From: Patescibacteria group bacterium
Lineage (GTDB): Bacteria > Patescibacteriota > Patescibacteriia > Patescibacteriales > UBA12075
Direction of reading: 5' to 3'
DNA: 64,000 bases
Assembly: GCA_018897195.1 (NCBI GenBank)
Contig: JAHILH010000003.1
Span: forward strand, 431-64,430
Below are positions 1-9,489 of the stretch, piece by piece. Below the pieces are notes generated by a model that saw nothing but the letters and a program-made list of their open reading frames with translations, did no database searches and was not told the DNA's origin. Position numbers and translations under genes: made by a program. The first letter of the stretch is position 1; each line of letters starts with the position of its first letter.

Positions 1-2
1 TT

Positions 3-332
3 GGATATGGTAATCAATTTGTTCATGCGGCTAAACAGGATTTTTCTAGCCCATCAGAACTATCCAATCCACTTGGCTCTGATGAAAACATGAGAGATCC
101 AAACTACGTCATCGGCAAAATCATCAACTCCGTCCTTGGAGTTGTCGGTACTATTGCCTTAGTAATGTTTATTTACGGTGGTTTTCTTTGGATGACTTCT
201 GGTGGTGGCGATGGCGTCAAGAAGGGGAAGGAGACTATTGTTTGGGCTACTTTTGGTTTGGTTATCATCTTTATGGCCTATTCAATTGTCAATTTCGTGA
301 TTGGTAATATTTTATTAGGTAAGCCAGTATAA
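3..332 (+). CDS. VirB2/TrbC-like pilin (CPR type), 5' partial
   Basis: The frame of the 90..332 ORF stays open to the window edge (GYGNQFVHAAKQDFSSPSELSNPLGSDENM...). It has two hydrophobic helices and the IYGGFLWMTSGG...KKGKETIVWATFGL pattern typical of T4SS-type pilins. Confidence 0.75.
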   Translation, partial: GYGNQFVHAAKQDFSSPSELSNPLGSDENMRDPNYVIGKIINSVLGVVGTIALVMFIYGGFLWMTSGGGDGVKKGKETIVWATFGLVIIFMAYSIVNFVIGNILLGKPV

Positions 333-352
333 ATAGTTATTCACTTTTCTCC

Positions 353-374
353 AAAAAGAGCTACGGCTCTTTTT
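353..374 (+). terminator. Intrinsic terminator
   Basis: AAAAAGAGC-TACG-GCTCTTTTT after the pilin stop. Confidence 0.75.
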
Positions 375-398
375 TGTTTTGAGAAAAGTGATTTTTTG

Positions 399-407
399 TG
401 TTATAAT
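399..407 (+). promoter_or_regulatory. Extended -10 promoter for mgtA
   Basis: TGTTATAAT 26 nt before the ATG. Confidence 0.5.
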
Positions 408-433
408 AATCTTGTAATATTAAACTCTAAAAT

Positions 434-2944
434 ATGACAAGCTCAAGTGAATTAAGCGGACTAAATAGCGTGGAGGCGCGGGATTTGCTGAAAAAGCATG
501 GTGCAAACATAGTGGTTGATAAAAAAAGGATAAGTGGTTTTTGGATTTTTTTCGAAAAACTGACTAGTCCTTTGTTTTTGTTAATGATTGGCATTTCGGT
601 AGTTTCTTTTGTAGTCGGACAACGGGCGAGTGCGATTATTGTGATGATGATGATTATTTTGTCCGCGACTTTGGATTTTATTAATTCCTATAAATCCCAA
701 AAAGCAGTCGACCGTTTGACAGCGATGGTGTCAACGAAGACGACGGTGATTCGTGACGGCAAGAAGCAGGAGATTGATGTGCACGAGGTTGTGCCTGGGG
801 ATTTGATATATTTATCAGCAGGTAGCGTGATCCCGGCTGATTGTCAGGTTGTAGAGGGTGATGACTTTTTTGTTAATCAATCATCTTTAACTGGGGAGTC
901 GATGCCAGTGGAAAAAAGTGTTTCCAAGAAGGGGGTGGTGGAAAAACTAACACCAGAGAACACAGCCGTGGTCTTTATGGGCACGAGTGTGATTAGCGGA
1001 TTTGCCACGGTGCGAGTGTTGGAAACCGGAATTCGGACTGAATTTGGTAAAGTGGCCAAAGAATTGAATAAGGCGAAGCCGAAAACTGATTTTGAAATCA
1101 ATACGATGAAATTCAGTTTTTTTATTATGAAGATTGTCTTTTACATGGTTAGCTTTGTTTTTGTTGCTTTTTTGGTTAAGAATTCACACGATTTAAGTAT
1201 AGCGGTTATTTTGGAGGCGTTTACCTTTGCCTTGGCGGTCACTATTGGCGTGACGCCAGACATGTTGCCAGCGATTATCACAGTTTGTCTCAGTAAGGGC
1301 TCACAGATGATGGCAAAGAAAGAGGTGATTGTAAAACAATTGTCGTCGATTGAAAATTTTGGTTCAATGGATATTTTGTGTACGGATAAGACGGGCACAT
1401 TAACTCAAGATCTTATTACTTTGATTAAGTATATTGATTGTAATGGCAAGGAATCTGATAAGATTTTTCGCCTTGGACATTTGAGTAGTCATTTTCATAC
1501 GGGCGCGCAGAATCCGCTTGACACAGCCGTGAATAATTTTAAAGACTTGGATGTAAGTGATTATGAAAAAATAGACGAAATTCCTTATGATTTTTTGCGT
1601 AAGCGCAGTTCAATGGTGGTGCGTCGCAATGGCAAGCGCTTTTTGATCACCAAGGGGGCGCAGGAGGAAATAATTAAAATTTGTCATGGCTATGAAGCGG
1701 ATAATAAAATTGATGTCATTGATAAGTGCAAGACGTTAATTGAAAAGCAAGCCAACGAATTAAGCGCGAACGGTTTTCGAGTGCTGGGTATTTGCTATAA
1801 AGAAATTCCAGATGATGATGTTCGCTCATACAGTAATACCATTGAAAATGAGATGATTTTTTCCGGCTTTTTGGCTTTTCTTGATCCGCCCAAAGAAAGT
1901 GCCGGTTCGACAATTGCCGAGTTGGAAAAGCTGGGTATTGAAGTTAAGATTTTAACTGGCGACAATGATGTTTTGACGCAAAAGATTTGTCGTGATTTAG
2001 GTTTAAATATCAAGGGTGTGATGACTGGTGTTGAGATGGCTAATTACGATGACGCCCAATTAGAGAAGAAAATAAAAGACATCAGCATTTTTGCCCGAGT
2101 AACGCCGATGCAAAAAGAGAAGATAATTTTGCTTTTGAAAAAAGGTGGCAAGACGGTTGGCTTCCTTGGTGACGGCATTAACGACGCGCCGGCTTTGCGA
2201 GCGGCGGATGTGGGTATTTCCGTGAACAATGCTGTTGATATTGCCAAGGACACGGCCGATATTATTTTGATGCAAAAGAGCCTGGAGGCCTTAAAAGATG
2301 GTGTGCTTGAGGGGCGGAAAACTTTTCATAATACTATGAAATATATTTTGATGGGTTTGTCGTCAAATTTTGGTAATATGTTTTCCATGATGGGGGCGGT
2401 GACCTTTTTGCCTTTTTTGCCGATGTTGCCAGCGCAGATTTTGTTCAATAATTTTGTTTATGATTCTTCACAATTTTCTTTGCCGACAGACGATGTTGAT
2501 GCTGACGAATTATTGAAGCCCGCACACTGGGATTTGAAGTTTATTCGTAAATACATGATTGTCTTTGGTTCAGTGAGTTCTATTTTTGATTTCCTGACCT
2601 TTTATCTGTTGTATTATGTTTACCATTTAACGGAACATCAATTTCAAACCGGTTGGTTTATTGAGTCAATTGCCACGCAGATTTTGGTTATTTATATTAT
2701 TCGCACCAAGAAAATTCCGTTCCTGCAAAGTCGTCCAAGTCGCGCCTTGTTTATCACCACCTTTACGGCTGTTGTTATCTCTTGGTTGGTGCAATTTACC
2801 CCTTTTGGTGTTATGATGCAATTAGAGCGATTGCCGCTAAATATTATGATGATTATTGCTTCATATGTTTTTGTTTATTTAGTGTTGGTAGAGTTTGTGA
2901 AGCGGATATTTTATCGGATGCATTTTAGGAGTTTAAAGAAGTAG
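434..2944 (+). CDS. mgtA: Mg2+-translocating P-type ATPase (P3B/MgtA-like)
   Basis: DKTGTLT, TGES, GDGINDAP, IDEIPYDFLRKR and SSNFGNMFS motifs; TM4 motif TPDMLP. Confidence 0.85.
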   Translation: MTSSSELSGLNSVEARDLLKKHGANIVVDKKRISGFWIFFEKLTSPLFLLMIGISVVSFVVGQRASAIIVMMMIILSATLDFINSYKSQKAVDRLTAMVSTKTTVIRDGKKQEIDVHEVVPGDLIYLSAGSVIPADCQVVEGDDFFVNQSSLTGESMPVEKSVSKKGVVEKLTPENTAVVFMGTSVISGFATVRVLETGIRTEFGKVAKELNKAKPKTDFEINTMKFSFFIMKIVFYMVSFVFVAFLVKNSHDLSIAVILEAFTFALAVTIGVTPDMLPAIITVCLSKGSQMMAKKEVIVKQLSSIENFGSMDILCTDKTGTLTQDLITLIKYIDCNGKESDKIFRLGHLSSHFHTGAQNPLDTAVNNFKDLDVSDYEKIDEIPYDFLRKRSSMVVRRNGKRFLITKGAQEEIIKICHGYEADNKIDVIDKCKTLIEKQANELSANGFRVLGICYKEIPDDDVRSYSNTIENEMIFSGFLAFLDPPKESAGSTIAELEKLGIEVKILTGDNDVLTQKICRDLGLNIKGVMTGVEMANYDDAQLEKKIKDISIFARVTPMQKEKIILLLKKGGKTVGFLGDGINDAPALRAADVGISVNNAVDIAKDTADIILMQKSLEALKDGVLEGRKTFHNTMKYILMGLSSNFGNMFSMMGAVTFLPFLPMLPAQILFNNFVYDSSQFSLPTDDVDADELLKPAHWDLKFIRKYMIVFGSVSSIFDFLTFYLLYYVYHLTEHQFQTGWFIESIATQILVIYIIRTKKIPFLQSRPSRALFITTFTAVVISWLVQFTPFGVMMQLERLPLNIMMIIASYVFVYLVLVEFVKRIFYRMHFRSLKK

Positions 2945-2947
2945 TCA

Positions 2948-3133
2948 TCGTCATTCCCGCGAAGGCGGGAATCCAGGCGCTACAAATAATGGATGTATAA
3001 TTATAGAAACTATCCCGAGTGCTCGGGATTAATAAAAATATTGATAATAAATAACACTTCGTAAATTTTAATTCTCCTTACATTGAAAACACTCTACGAG
3101 GTGCCTGGATCCCCGCCTTCGCGGGGATGACGA
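2948..3133. repeat. REPIN-like doublet of GTCATTCCCGC...GCGGGAATCC palindromes
   Basis: 2948-2980 and 3101-3133 are 33-bp inverted repeats (3 mismatches), and each is itself a hairpin. Confidence 0.85.
3012..3029. repeat. Short palindrome ATCCCGAG-TG-CTCGGGAT
   Basis: The same core recurs at 20868-20885 and, degenerate, near 42034. Confidence 0.55.
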
Positions 3134-3143
3134 ATGTTGTAAT

Positions 3144-3911
3144 ATGAAATTAATTACCTGGAATGTCAACGGCCTTCGGGCTATTGTGAAAAAAGAATTT
3201 TATCAATTTCTGGCGATGAAAAAACCGGATGCTTTGTGCTTGCAGGAAATCAAGATGGGGGCGGCGGCAATTGAGAAAGAGAATTTTCAATTTCCCGGCT
3301 ACGAAGTTTTTTGGCATCCGGCCGAGCGACCGGGGTATAGCGGAACAGCGACTTTAGTGCGTGATACTTTGGAGGTGGTGAAATGTTTTAGATTGAGTGA
3401 TTTTGGAATTATTGATACTGAGGGGCGAACACAGATTTTAGAGTTTGAGAAATTTTTCTTGGTGAATACTTATTTTCCTAATGCCAATCATGAGTTGTCA
3501 CGCTTACAGTTTAAATTGGATTTTAATCATGATTTGTTCGCGGTTTTAAAAAAGTTGGAAGAAAAAAAGCCGGTGGTTATTTGTGGTGATTTTAATGTGG
3601 CCCATGAAGAGATTGATTTAGTGCGAGCAAAAGAAAATATTGGTAGTCCTGGTTTTACCTATGAAGAGCGCGAAGCGATGACTGGTTTTTTGGACTCTGG
3701 TTTTGTTGATGTTTTTCGAGAACTATATCCTGATGAAAAAGAGTATACTTGGTGGAGTTATCGGGCGGGGGCACGACAAAAGAATATCGGTTGGCGGATT
3801 GATTATTTTTGCGTATCTAAGAAGTTTATGAAAAAAGTGATTGATACGACGATATTGTATAAGACGATGGGCTCGGATCATTGTCCAGTTTTATTGGAAG
3901 TTGGTGAATAG
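3144..3911 (+). CDS. xth: Exodeoxyribonuclease III / AP endonuclease
   Basis: WNVNGLR, LQEIK, GDFNVAH, GWRIDY and SDHCP motifs. Confidence 0.95.
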   Translation: MKLITWNVNGLRAIVKKEFYQFLAMKKPDALCLQEIKMGAAAIEKENFQFPGYEVFWHPAERPGYSGTATLVRDTLEVVKCFRLSDFGIIDTEGRTQILEFEKFFLVNTYFPNANHELSRLQFKLDFNHDLFAVLKKLEEKKPVVICGDFNVAHEEIDLVRAKENIGSPGFTYEEREAMTGFLDSGFVDVFRELYPDEKEYTWWSYRAGARQKNIGWRIDYFCVSKKFMKKVIDTTILYKTMGSDHCPVLLEVGE

Positions 3912-3939
3912 TTGACAAATTAAATGAATTTGCTATAAA
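3912..3939 (+). promoter_or_regulatory. Sigma70-type promoter
   Basis: TTGACA-N16-TATAAA with a TG extension. Confidence 0.45.
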
Positions 3940-4005
3940 TTAATTACTTTTTAGTAAAAGCAATTGTTCTTTGGAATTAATCTTAACCCTCAAAGGGGGA
4001 GAAAA

Positions 4006-4323
4006 ATGAATAACAAAAAAGGAGTTGGTGTGGATAGCGATGATGAGGATGCCCTGTTTAGAGCGCAAGTTTTTTGCTCTGAGATTGTCGATGGGTGGAT
4101 CGGCAAAAAATGTGAATGCGGTGAGATTATTACCGAAGGTGATATTAAGAAAATACTTGGAGATAAGGATTTGGTAATGAAAAATCATGACCCAGATTCT
4201 GAACCAATGTGTTATGAATGCTACAAGGAGCGCTGTGAGCAGTTGGAAAGATTTGAGGGTGACTACAATGATCTTCATCCCAATGAAACCGTAGAACAGT
4301 TTCACGAACACGAAGATCGCTAA
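4006..4323 (+). CDS. Small acidic hypothetical protein with Cys pairs (possible Zn binding)
   Basis: ATG at 4006 preceded by GGGGAG; CECG and CYEC motifs; own promoter and terminator. Confidence 0.6.
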   Translation: MNNKKGVGVDSDDEDALFRAQVFCSEIVDGWIGKKCECGEIITEGDIKKILGDKDLVMKNHDPDSEPMCYECYKERCEQLERFEGDYNDLHPNETVEQFHEHEDR

Positions 4324-4332
4324 ATGCAAAAC

Positions 4333-4360
4333 AAAAACCGTATTTTTCAATACGGTTTTT
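4333..4360. terminator. Bidirectional intrinsic terminator
   Basis: AAAAACCGTATT-TTTC-AATACGGTTTTT between convergent genes. Confidence 0.85.
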
Positions 4361-4383
4361 AAAATATAAAAAATGTTTAATTT

Positions 4384-5547
4384 TTATTCAAAGAATAAAA
4401 CTTTCTTCTTCTTCAAACATTCATAGCCATAAATATAGGTCGCGGCTGTCCAAGCCTGAAAAGGTTCACCCATTGGTTCGCCAGATTCACCATGTAGCCA
4501 CTCGTTGAATTCATATCTAGTTTTAAAGTCACGGATTTGCATTTTTTGCATATTGCCGTAAGCTAGTTTGTTGAGTTCCTTTTCCGCCTTGTCGAACTCT
4601 TTCATCTTGACTAAGGCGGCGACGTAGAAACCGCCGATAAAGGGCCAGATACCGCCGTTGAGGTAGTGGAGTGGTTCACGGGCGTCGCATTTAGAGAAAT
4701 AAGAGTGCCATTCCTTATCGCCGGGCTTGATTGGCGGCCATAGCGCTTTCAATCCATAGGGTTCATTAATTTTTTCTTTTTCAATATGGTCCAAAATATT
4801 GTAAGCAATATTTTTATTCGCCAGACCGGTCACAATGGCAAGGACATTACCGAGGGAGTCAAACCATTCTTCTTGTTCGCGATCGCCGTCGTGATTTTTC
4901 CAATTCCAAGGCAAATAATAGCCTAATTTGTCGTCATAAAGCTTTAAATAGGCTTCAATGTCTCCATTAACCACTTTTTTAAGATGGTCAGCCTTGTCAT
5001 TGAGTTTTTTGCCCCCTAGAAGGCGCAAGGTTGCATAATAAAGAGCCTGGGTATTAATTGTATTGCCGTATTTATGTGGAAATGCGTCCATCCAGTCCAT
5101 GGTTGGTTGTTGTGACAAAAGACCGTCTTCATTCGGGTCTTGATATTTGAGCCAGACATAGGCGCGAGCAATATTTTTTTTATATTTATCAAGAACTTTA
5201 TGGTCCTTGTAGGCCTTAGCATAAGCATAATTACCAATGATAAACCAGAGTGAAGAATCAATTGAGTTATAAGTTTGCTTGGAGCGACGATCAAGATTGT
5301 AGGCACCCACACAATTTGGGACTTGGCCGTTTTCAGTTTGATATTTCGCCAAGAGATCAATACTGTTTACAATTGGTTTTTTAAAATCTTTGCCCAAAAG
5401 ACTGGCGCCGAGAGTGGTGATCATAGAATCACGCGCCCAAGTTGCCTCATAGCCTCCTTTTAAGGCTGAAGCATAAAACCCTGTCGATTTTGCCGACTTG
5501 GTCAAAACTTCAACTGCTTTTTTGTAAGCCTCCTCCTTGATGTTCAT
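4384..5547 (-). CDS. (alpha/alpha)6 glycoside hydrolase, GH100 invertase / amylo-alpha-1,6-glucosidase-like
   Basis: WARDS, DSSLWF, DWMD, YLNGGIWPF, EFNEWLHG and QAWTAA motifs. Confidence 0.75.
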   Translation of the reverse strand: MNIKEEAYKKAVEVLTKSAKSTGFYASALKGGYEATWARDSMITTLGASLLGKDFKKPIVNSIDLLAKYQTENGQVPNCVGAYNLDRRSKQTYNSIDSSLWFIIGNYAYAKAYKDHKVLDKYKKNIARAYVWLKYQDPNEDGLLSQQPTMDWMDAFPHKYGNTINTQALYYATLRLLGGKKLNDKADHLKKVVNGDIEAYLKLYDDKLGYYLPWNWKNHDGDREQEEWFDSLGNVLAIVTGLANKNIAYNILDHIEKEKINEPYGLKALWPPIKPGDKEWHSYFSKCDAREPLHYLNGGIWPFIGGFYVAALVKMKEFDKAEKELNKLAYGNMQKMQIRDFKTRYEFNEWLHGESGEPMGEPFQAWTAATYIYGYECLKKKKVLFFE

Positions 5548-5555
5548 ATAATTTA

Positions 5556-5597
5556 AATTTTCGAATTTTCAATTTTCGAATTTTCGAAACAATTTTC
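5556..5597. repeat. Short tandem repeat AATTTTC(G) x5
   Basis: AATTTTCG AATTTTC AATTTTCG AATTTTCG AAAC AATTTTC in the intergenic gap. Confidence 0.7.
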
Positions 5598-5604
5598 AAA
5601 TAAA

Positions 5605-5925
5605 TTAATTTTCAATTGGATAAATGTCATAAGCAACTTCTTCATATGGGTGAACTGCTTTTACTTTTTCTATTACCGAGCTCAAAATATCTCTTGGTAC
5701 AATAACCTCAATTCGTTCTTCTTCTACAGCCTCGAGGTTGCTAGCAATGCCAATTGCAGGTTTTGATTTTTCATTGCCCCTAAAGCGTCCAACTCCACGA
5801 TTAGAAAAAGAACAAAAATCATAATTGCCAATTTTTCCAGCGCCGGCCTCACCGAGAGCGTGTCGTACAATGTCCGCGTGTGATATTGGTGTGAAAATTA
5901 CAAATTTTACATTTTTTGAAGTCAT
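5605..5925 (-). CDS. Stand-alone YqfO/NIF3-insert (PII-like) protein
   Basis: AGAGKIGNYDFCSF and HPYEEVAYDIY signatures. Confidence 0.85.
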   Translation of the reverse strand: MTSKNVKFVIFTPISHADIVRHALGEAGAGKIGNYDFCSFSNRGVGRFRGNEKSKPAIGIASNLEAVEEERIEVIVPRDILSSVIEKVKAVHPYEEVAYDIYPIEN

Positions 5926-5929
5926 TTGT

Positions 5930-6292
5930 TTAAACTTTTTCTAACATTAAAATTCTTTTTTTGAAACCGCCACGTTTGTCTGCCTTTTCTTTCTTGACTT
6001 TAAGAACTGTTTCCATGTCAACATCGTAAAATTCCAAAATCGATTCGATTAATTCCATAACATCTGCAACTTCTTCAACAATATGTTCTTTGTCTTCGGC
6101 GTTTGCTAATTCGTGCGCCTCTTCTTCAACCTTCTTAAGTAGGAATGTCAAATATTCTTCTCTGATTTCCAAGATCCTTGTTTTAGCTTCTTCGCCACTT
6201 CTTTCTTTAATGATTTCCGGGATTCTGTCGCGCACTAATTTGGGATATTCATTTTCTTTTTCTAAGTTCGTTTCGAAATGTTCAAATTTCAT
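5930..6292 (-). CDS. MazG-like / phosphoribosyl-ATP pyrophosphohydrolase-like NTP pyrophosphatase
   Basis: KLVRDRIPEII, EEEAHE, EEVADVME and KRGGF motifs. Confidence 0.85.
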   Translation of the reverse strand: MKFEHFETNLEKENEYPKLVRDRIPEIIKERSGEEAKTRILEIREEYLTFLLKKVEEEAHELANAEDKEHIVEEVADVMELIESILEFYDVDMETVLKVKKEKADKRGGFKKRILMLEKV

Positions 6293-6325
6293 ATTTTTAA
6301 TTTATTTCAAATTTTAAATATCGGA

Positions 6326-6364
6326 AGATTCTATCACTACGCGTTTGCTTCGTTCTAGAATGAC
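6326..6364. repeat. Single REP-like element (GATTC...GAATGAC family)
   Basis: AGATTCTA-N22-TAGAATGAC; its ends resemble the right arm of the 2948-3133 element. Confidence 0.5.
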
Positions 6365-6367
6365 AAA

Positions 6368-6958
6368 TCACTCTTTTATATAGAAATTGTAGGTGTGTTC
6401 ACCGTTTTGTGCCTTGAATTGACAAGTGCTAAGTGGGGGGAATTCCATCGGTTTAAATTTTTTCAAAGCTTCTATCTGGTCTAGGGGAACTGGGGTAAGA
6501 TCTTTGATGTCGTTCCAGCCAAGAATAAATATGCCACCGGGGGCAAGAAGTTCGTAAATGGAATTAAACGTTTGTTCAATCTTGATTGGATCATTAAGGC
6601 CCCAACCAAAGACGCCATTCATTAAGATGAAGTTGAAATAACCATCTTCAAAATGATTTTTGACATTGGCAACGTCGTCGGTGATGTGATGACCTTTGGC
6701 GCCGAACTTTTTTCGTTTTGGGTCGAAGTCCAAGGTCCAAAGCTCACGGTTTTCAAAATATAAATTGTAAAATGTTTGGTAATCCTCTCGACCAATATCA
6801 AGTGTTCTTTGTGGATTGTGGTGGCCGAGGATGTAGGGTAGAATTACTCGCTCTAGACAATCGCGGTCTTCGAACTCTACGCGCTCGTAGTCGGCATATT
6901 CTTTGATTAATTTTTTAGCTAGTCTTTCGTAGTAAGCAATAGTTTTTGGCTTGGTCAT
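6368..6958 (-). CDS. Class I SAM-dependent methyltransferase-like protein
   Basis: LDIG motif I (degenerate), FILMNGVFGWG and LLAPGGIFILG. Confidence 0.75.
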   Translation of the reverse strand: MTKPKTIAYYERLAKKLIKEYADYERVEFEDRDCLERVILPYILGHHNPQRTLDIGREDYQTFYNLYFENRELWTLDFDPKRKKFGAKGHHITDDVANVKNHFEDGYFNFILMNGVFGWGLNDPIKIEQTFNSIYELLAPGGIFILGWNDIKDLTPVPLDQIEALKKFKPMEFPPLSTCQFKAQNGEHTYNFYIKE

Positions 6959-6998
6959 TTATTTGAACTTCTGTTTTTTAAATTAAGGATGGTATATA

Positions 6999-7124
6999 GT
7001 CTCCCTCGCCCAGGCGGGAGAGGGATGGGGTGAGGGGTTGTCGGAAGATGGTTCGTGGTGTTTATTTTTGTTTATTGCACAGAAGACTACCTCACCCTGA
7101 CCCTCTCCTGGCAAGGAGAGGGAA
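6999..7124. repeat. REPIN-like doublet of CTCCCTC..GAGAGGG..GGGGTGAGG elements
   Basis: Two inverted ~38-bp arms around a ~50-bp spacer; homologous to 44851-45008, spacer included. Confidence 0.85.
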
Positions 7125-7141
7125 CTGTATATTTCTCTTTG

Positions 7142-9367
7142 TTATGATTTAGCAATCTTCTCAATGGCCAATCTCGCAAGAAAATAGGAAAGAGTTGATT
7201 CTGCGCCTTGATTAAAGTTTAGAGAGTTGCGACCAAGTCCGTCGTAGCAACCACCGGTATTTTCATCATAAACCATTTGGTTAAGATGATTTTTGCCCAA
7301 GAACCATTGGAAGGCTAGCTCGGCTTTGGCTTTGTAGTCTTTGTTGCCGGTAATTTGGTAGGCGACCACGAGTGCTTCAACCGCAGAAGAAGCATCTTCT
7401 GGTTGTTGGTCAAAATAGGCACGCTTGCCAGTACGGAAATACCAACCATCTTGTCCAATTGGAGAGAAGTGGCCATTGCCTTCAAAAGTAATCTTGTTTA
7501 AGAATTGAATACTGCGATCAGCGATTTCAAGATAAATTGGATTTTCAGTGATCTTGTATGCTCTAAACATTGCCTCGGATAATTTGTAATTGGAGTAAGT
7601 AAGACAATCTTCAAACCAAGCCCAGTTTTCGTCTTGGCTATCTTTTAACTGTTGGTTGAATTTGCGTACCAATTTTTCGCTTAAGCGTTTGAAGATTTCT
7701 AATTGTTGTTTGTTGGGATCTTTTTCCAAGGATTCAGAGAGACCGATAATGGTAAAAGAAACCGCGCGTAGGGAATTAAGATTGTTGGCTGAATCGATAG
7801 TACGACGGAGAATGCTTCGAGCTTGTTTCTTCATGTCTTCTGGTAGGCGCTTGCTATTGATAACGTAACCTAGTGACCAAATGCCACGACCATAGGAGTC
7901 TTCACTTTCGTTGTCTTCGTCAGGGGTTCTTTGATAAGAATAAAGGTTGTAAAATTTCCTATTTGACTTCTCGGTGATTTTAACAAAATTAAAATAAGTA
8001 TTAATCAATCCAAGAACAACGTTGGATTTTTTGGTGTCATGATATTCAACACAACCTAGGAGGGCACGAGCATTATCATCAAGGCAGTAGCCAGAGTGAA
8101 TATCAGGGCGAGTGTGTTGCGCAAATTGGATCATGCCGAACTTGTCGGTCAAAGTGCGGATATGTTGCATATTTATTTCCGGCAACTTGTCGCGATTGCG
8201 GGGAACAATATTGGCAATCTGATTGTATAATTTGAAATAGGCGATAGCGGTGTTTTGGAAAGTCATGTGCCGAGAATAAAAATATGAATTCTTGCCCATT
8301 TCTTTGCGTGCCTTGGTATCAGCCAAGACATCCGCTAAAGCATTTTTGATTTCTAAAGAATTTTTAAACTTTACTAGATAGCCACGGCTATTATCCAAAA
8401 CGTCCTTGGCGTATTGATTTTTGGTGGCAATAATTGGACAAGCGCAGGAGAGGGCATAAGAAATCGTACCACTGACGGCTTGTTTTGGGTTTAAAGTTGG
8501 GGAGATGTAAACATCGGTTGCCTTCAAAAATTCGATTAATTCTTTGATGGTTAAATATTTGTCATAAAATTTTACATGATCCTGAAGTTTGTTTTTGATC
8601 ACAAGCCGTTTGAGTCGGTTGCGATAAACTTCACCTTCTTCACGACGCACGACTGGATGAGTAGCACCTAAAACTAAATACATTACATTGGGGTGCTTGG
8701 CAACAATTTCTGGTAAAGCCTCAATTGCATATTCGATACCTTTGTCACGATTTAACATACCAAAAGTGGAAAGAATAGTTTTGCCTTCAAGATTTAATTT
8801 CTTCTTGGCCTTGGACTTGGAAGGGAAGGAAATATTGTGAACGCCATGAGGCACGATATTGATTTTGCTTTTTGGCACGCCGTAAATTTTTTCGAGAATA
8901 GTGGCGGAAGTCTTGGTCATGACTGTAATCGCAGCGGCCTTCTCGGTAATAGCCTTGGTTAGATTTTTCAATTTGTCATGCGGCTTCGGTAAAACTGTGT
9001 GCATGGTGAGAATAATCGGCTTTTGAACCAGCTCCATGAAAGGCAAAAGATAGTCGCCCCAGTCGCCGCCAAAGATGCCGTATTCATGCTGGATGTTAAC
9101 CAGCTTGATTTCTGGAGAGTTATTAATCTGCGTCGCTTTCTTTAGATAGTCAACCATTTCTGATTGATACATCTGCATACTGACCTTGCGCGGATAATTA
9201 TAAATCGAAGTACCATTGTCGTTGACTGCCAAAACCTTCGTCTTGAGAGTGTCGCCAAATTCTTTATCAAATGCATCAATCGTATCCTTGCAAAAGGTTG
9301 CGATACCACACTCACGAGGAGGGTAAGTACTGATGTACAGGATGCACGGTGGTTTTGGTTTGTTCAT
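7142..9367 (-). CDS. GT4 glycosyltransferase fused to a C-terminal glycoside-hydrolase-like helical domain
   Basis: N-terminal PPRECGIATF, QHEYGIFGG and VSGTISYA; C-terminal GYCLDDNARAL, FDQQPED and NQGAES. Confidence 0.85.
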   Translation of the reverse strand: MNKPKPPCILYISTYPPRECGIATFCKDTIDAFDKEFGDTLKTKVLAVNDNGTSIYNYPRKVSMQMYQSEMVDYLKKATQINNSPEIKLVNIQHEYGIFGGDWGDYLLPFMELVQKPIILTMHTVLPKPHDKLKNLTKAITEKAAAITVMTKTSATILEKIYGVPKSKINIVPHGVHNISFPSKSKAKKKLNLEGKTILSTFGMLNRDKGIEYAIEALPEIVAKHPNVMYLVLGATHPVVRREEGEVYRNRLKRLVIKNKLQDHVKFYDKYLTIKELIEFLKATDVYISPTLNPKQAVSGTISYALSCACPIIATKNQYAKDVLDNSRGYLVKFKNSLEIKNALADVLADTKARKEMGKNSYFYSRHMTFQNTAIAYFKLYNQIANIVPRNRDKLPEINMQHIRTLTDKFGMIQFAQHTRPDIHSGYCLDDNARALLGCVEYHDTKKSNVVLGLINTYFNFVKITEKSNRKFYNLYSYQRTPDEDNESEDSYGRGIWSLGYVINSKRLPEDMKKQARSILRRTIDSANNLNSLRAVSFTIIGLSESLEKDPNKQQLEIFKRLSEKLVRKFNQQLKDSQDENWAWFEDCLTYSNYKLSEAMFRAYKITENPIYLEIADRSIQFLNKITFEGNGHFSPIGQDGWYFRTGKRAYFDQQPEDASSAVEALVVAYQITGNKDYKAKAELAFQWFLGKNHLNQMVYDENTGGCYDGLGRNSLNFNQGAESTLSYFLARLAIEKIAKS

Positions 9368-9489
9368 TTTTAGAGTTGTAAATATGAATTATTACTGATA
9401 TTATAATTATATAGTATTTACCTATATCTTGTCTAGTGTTTTTGAATAAAAAGTGGGGATAAATCATTAATTGAAATTAAGATAAATTT

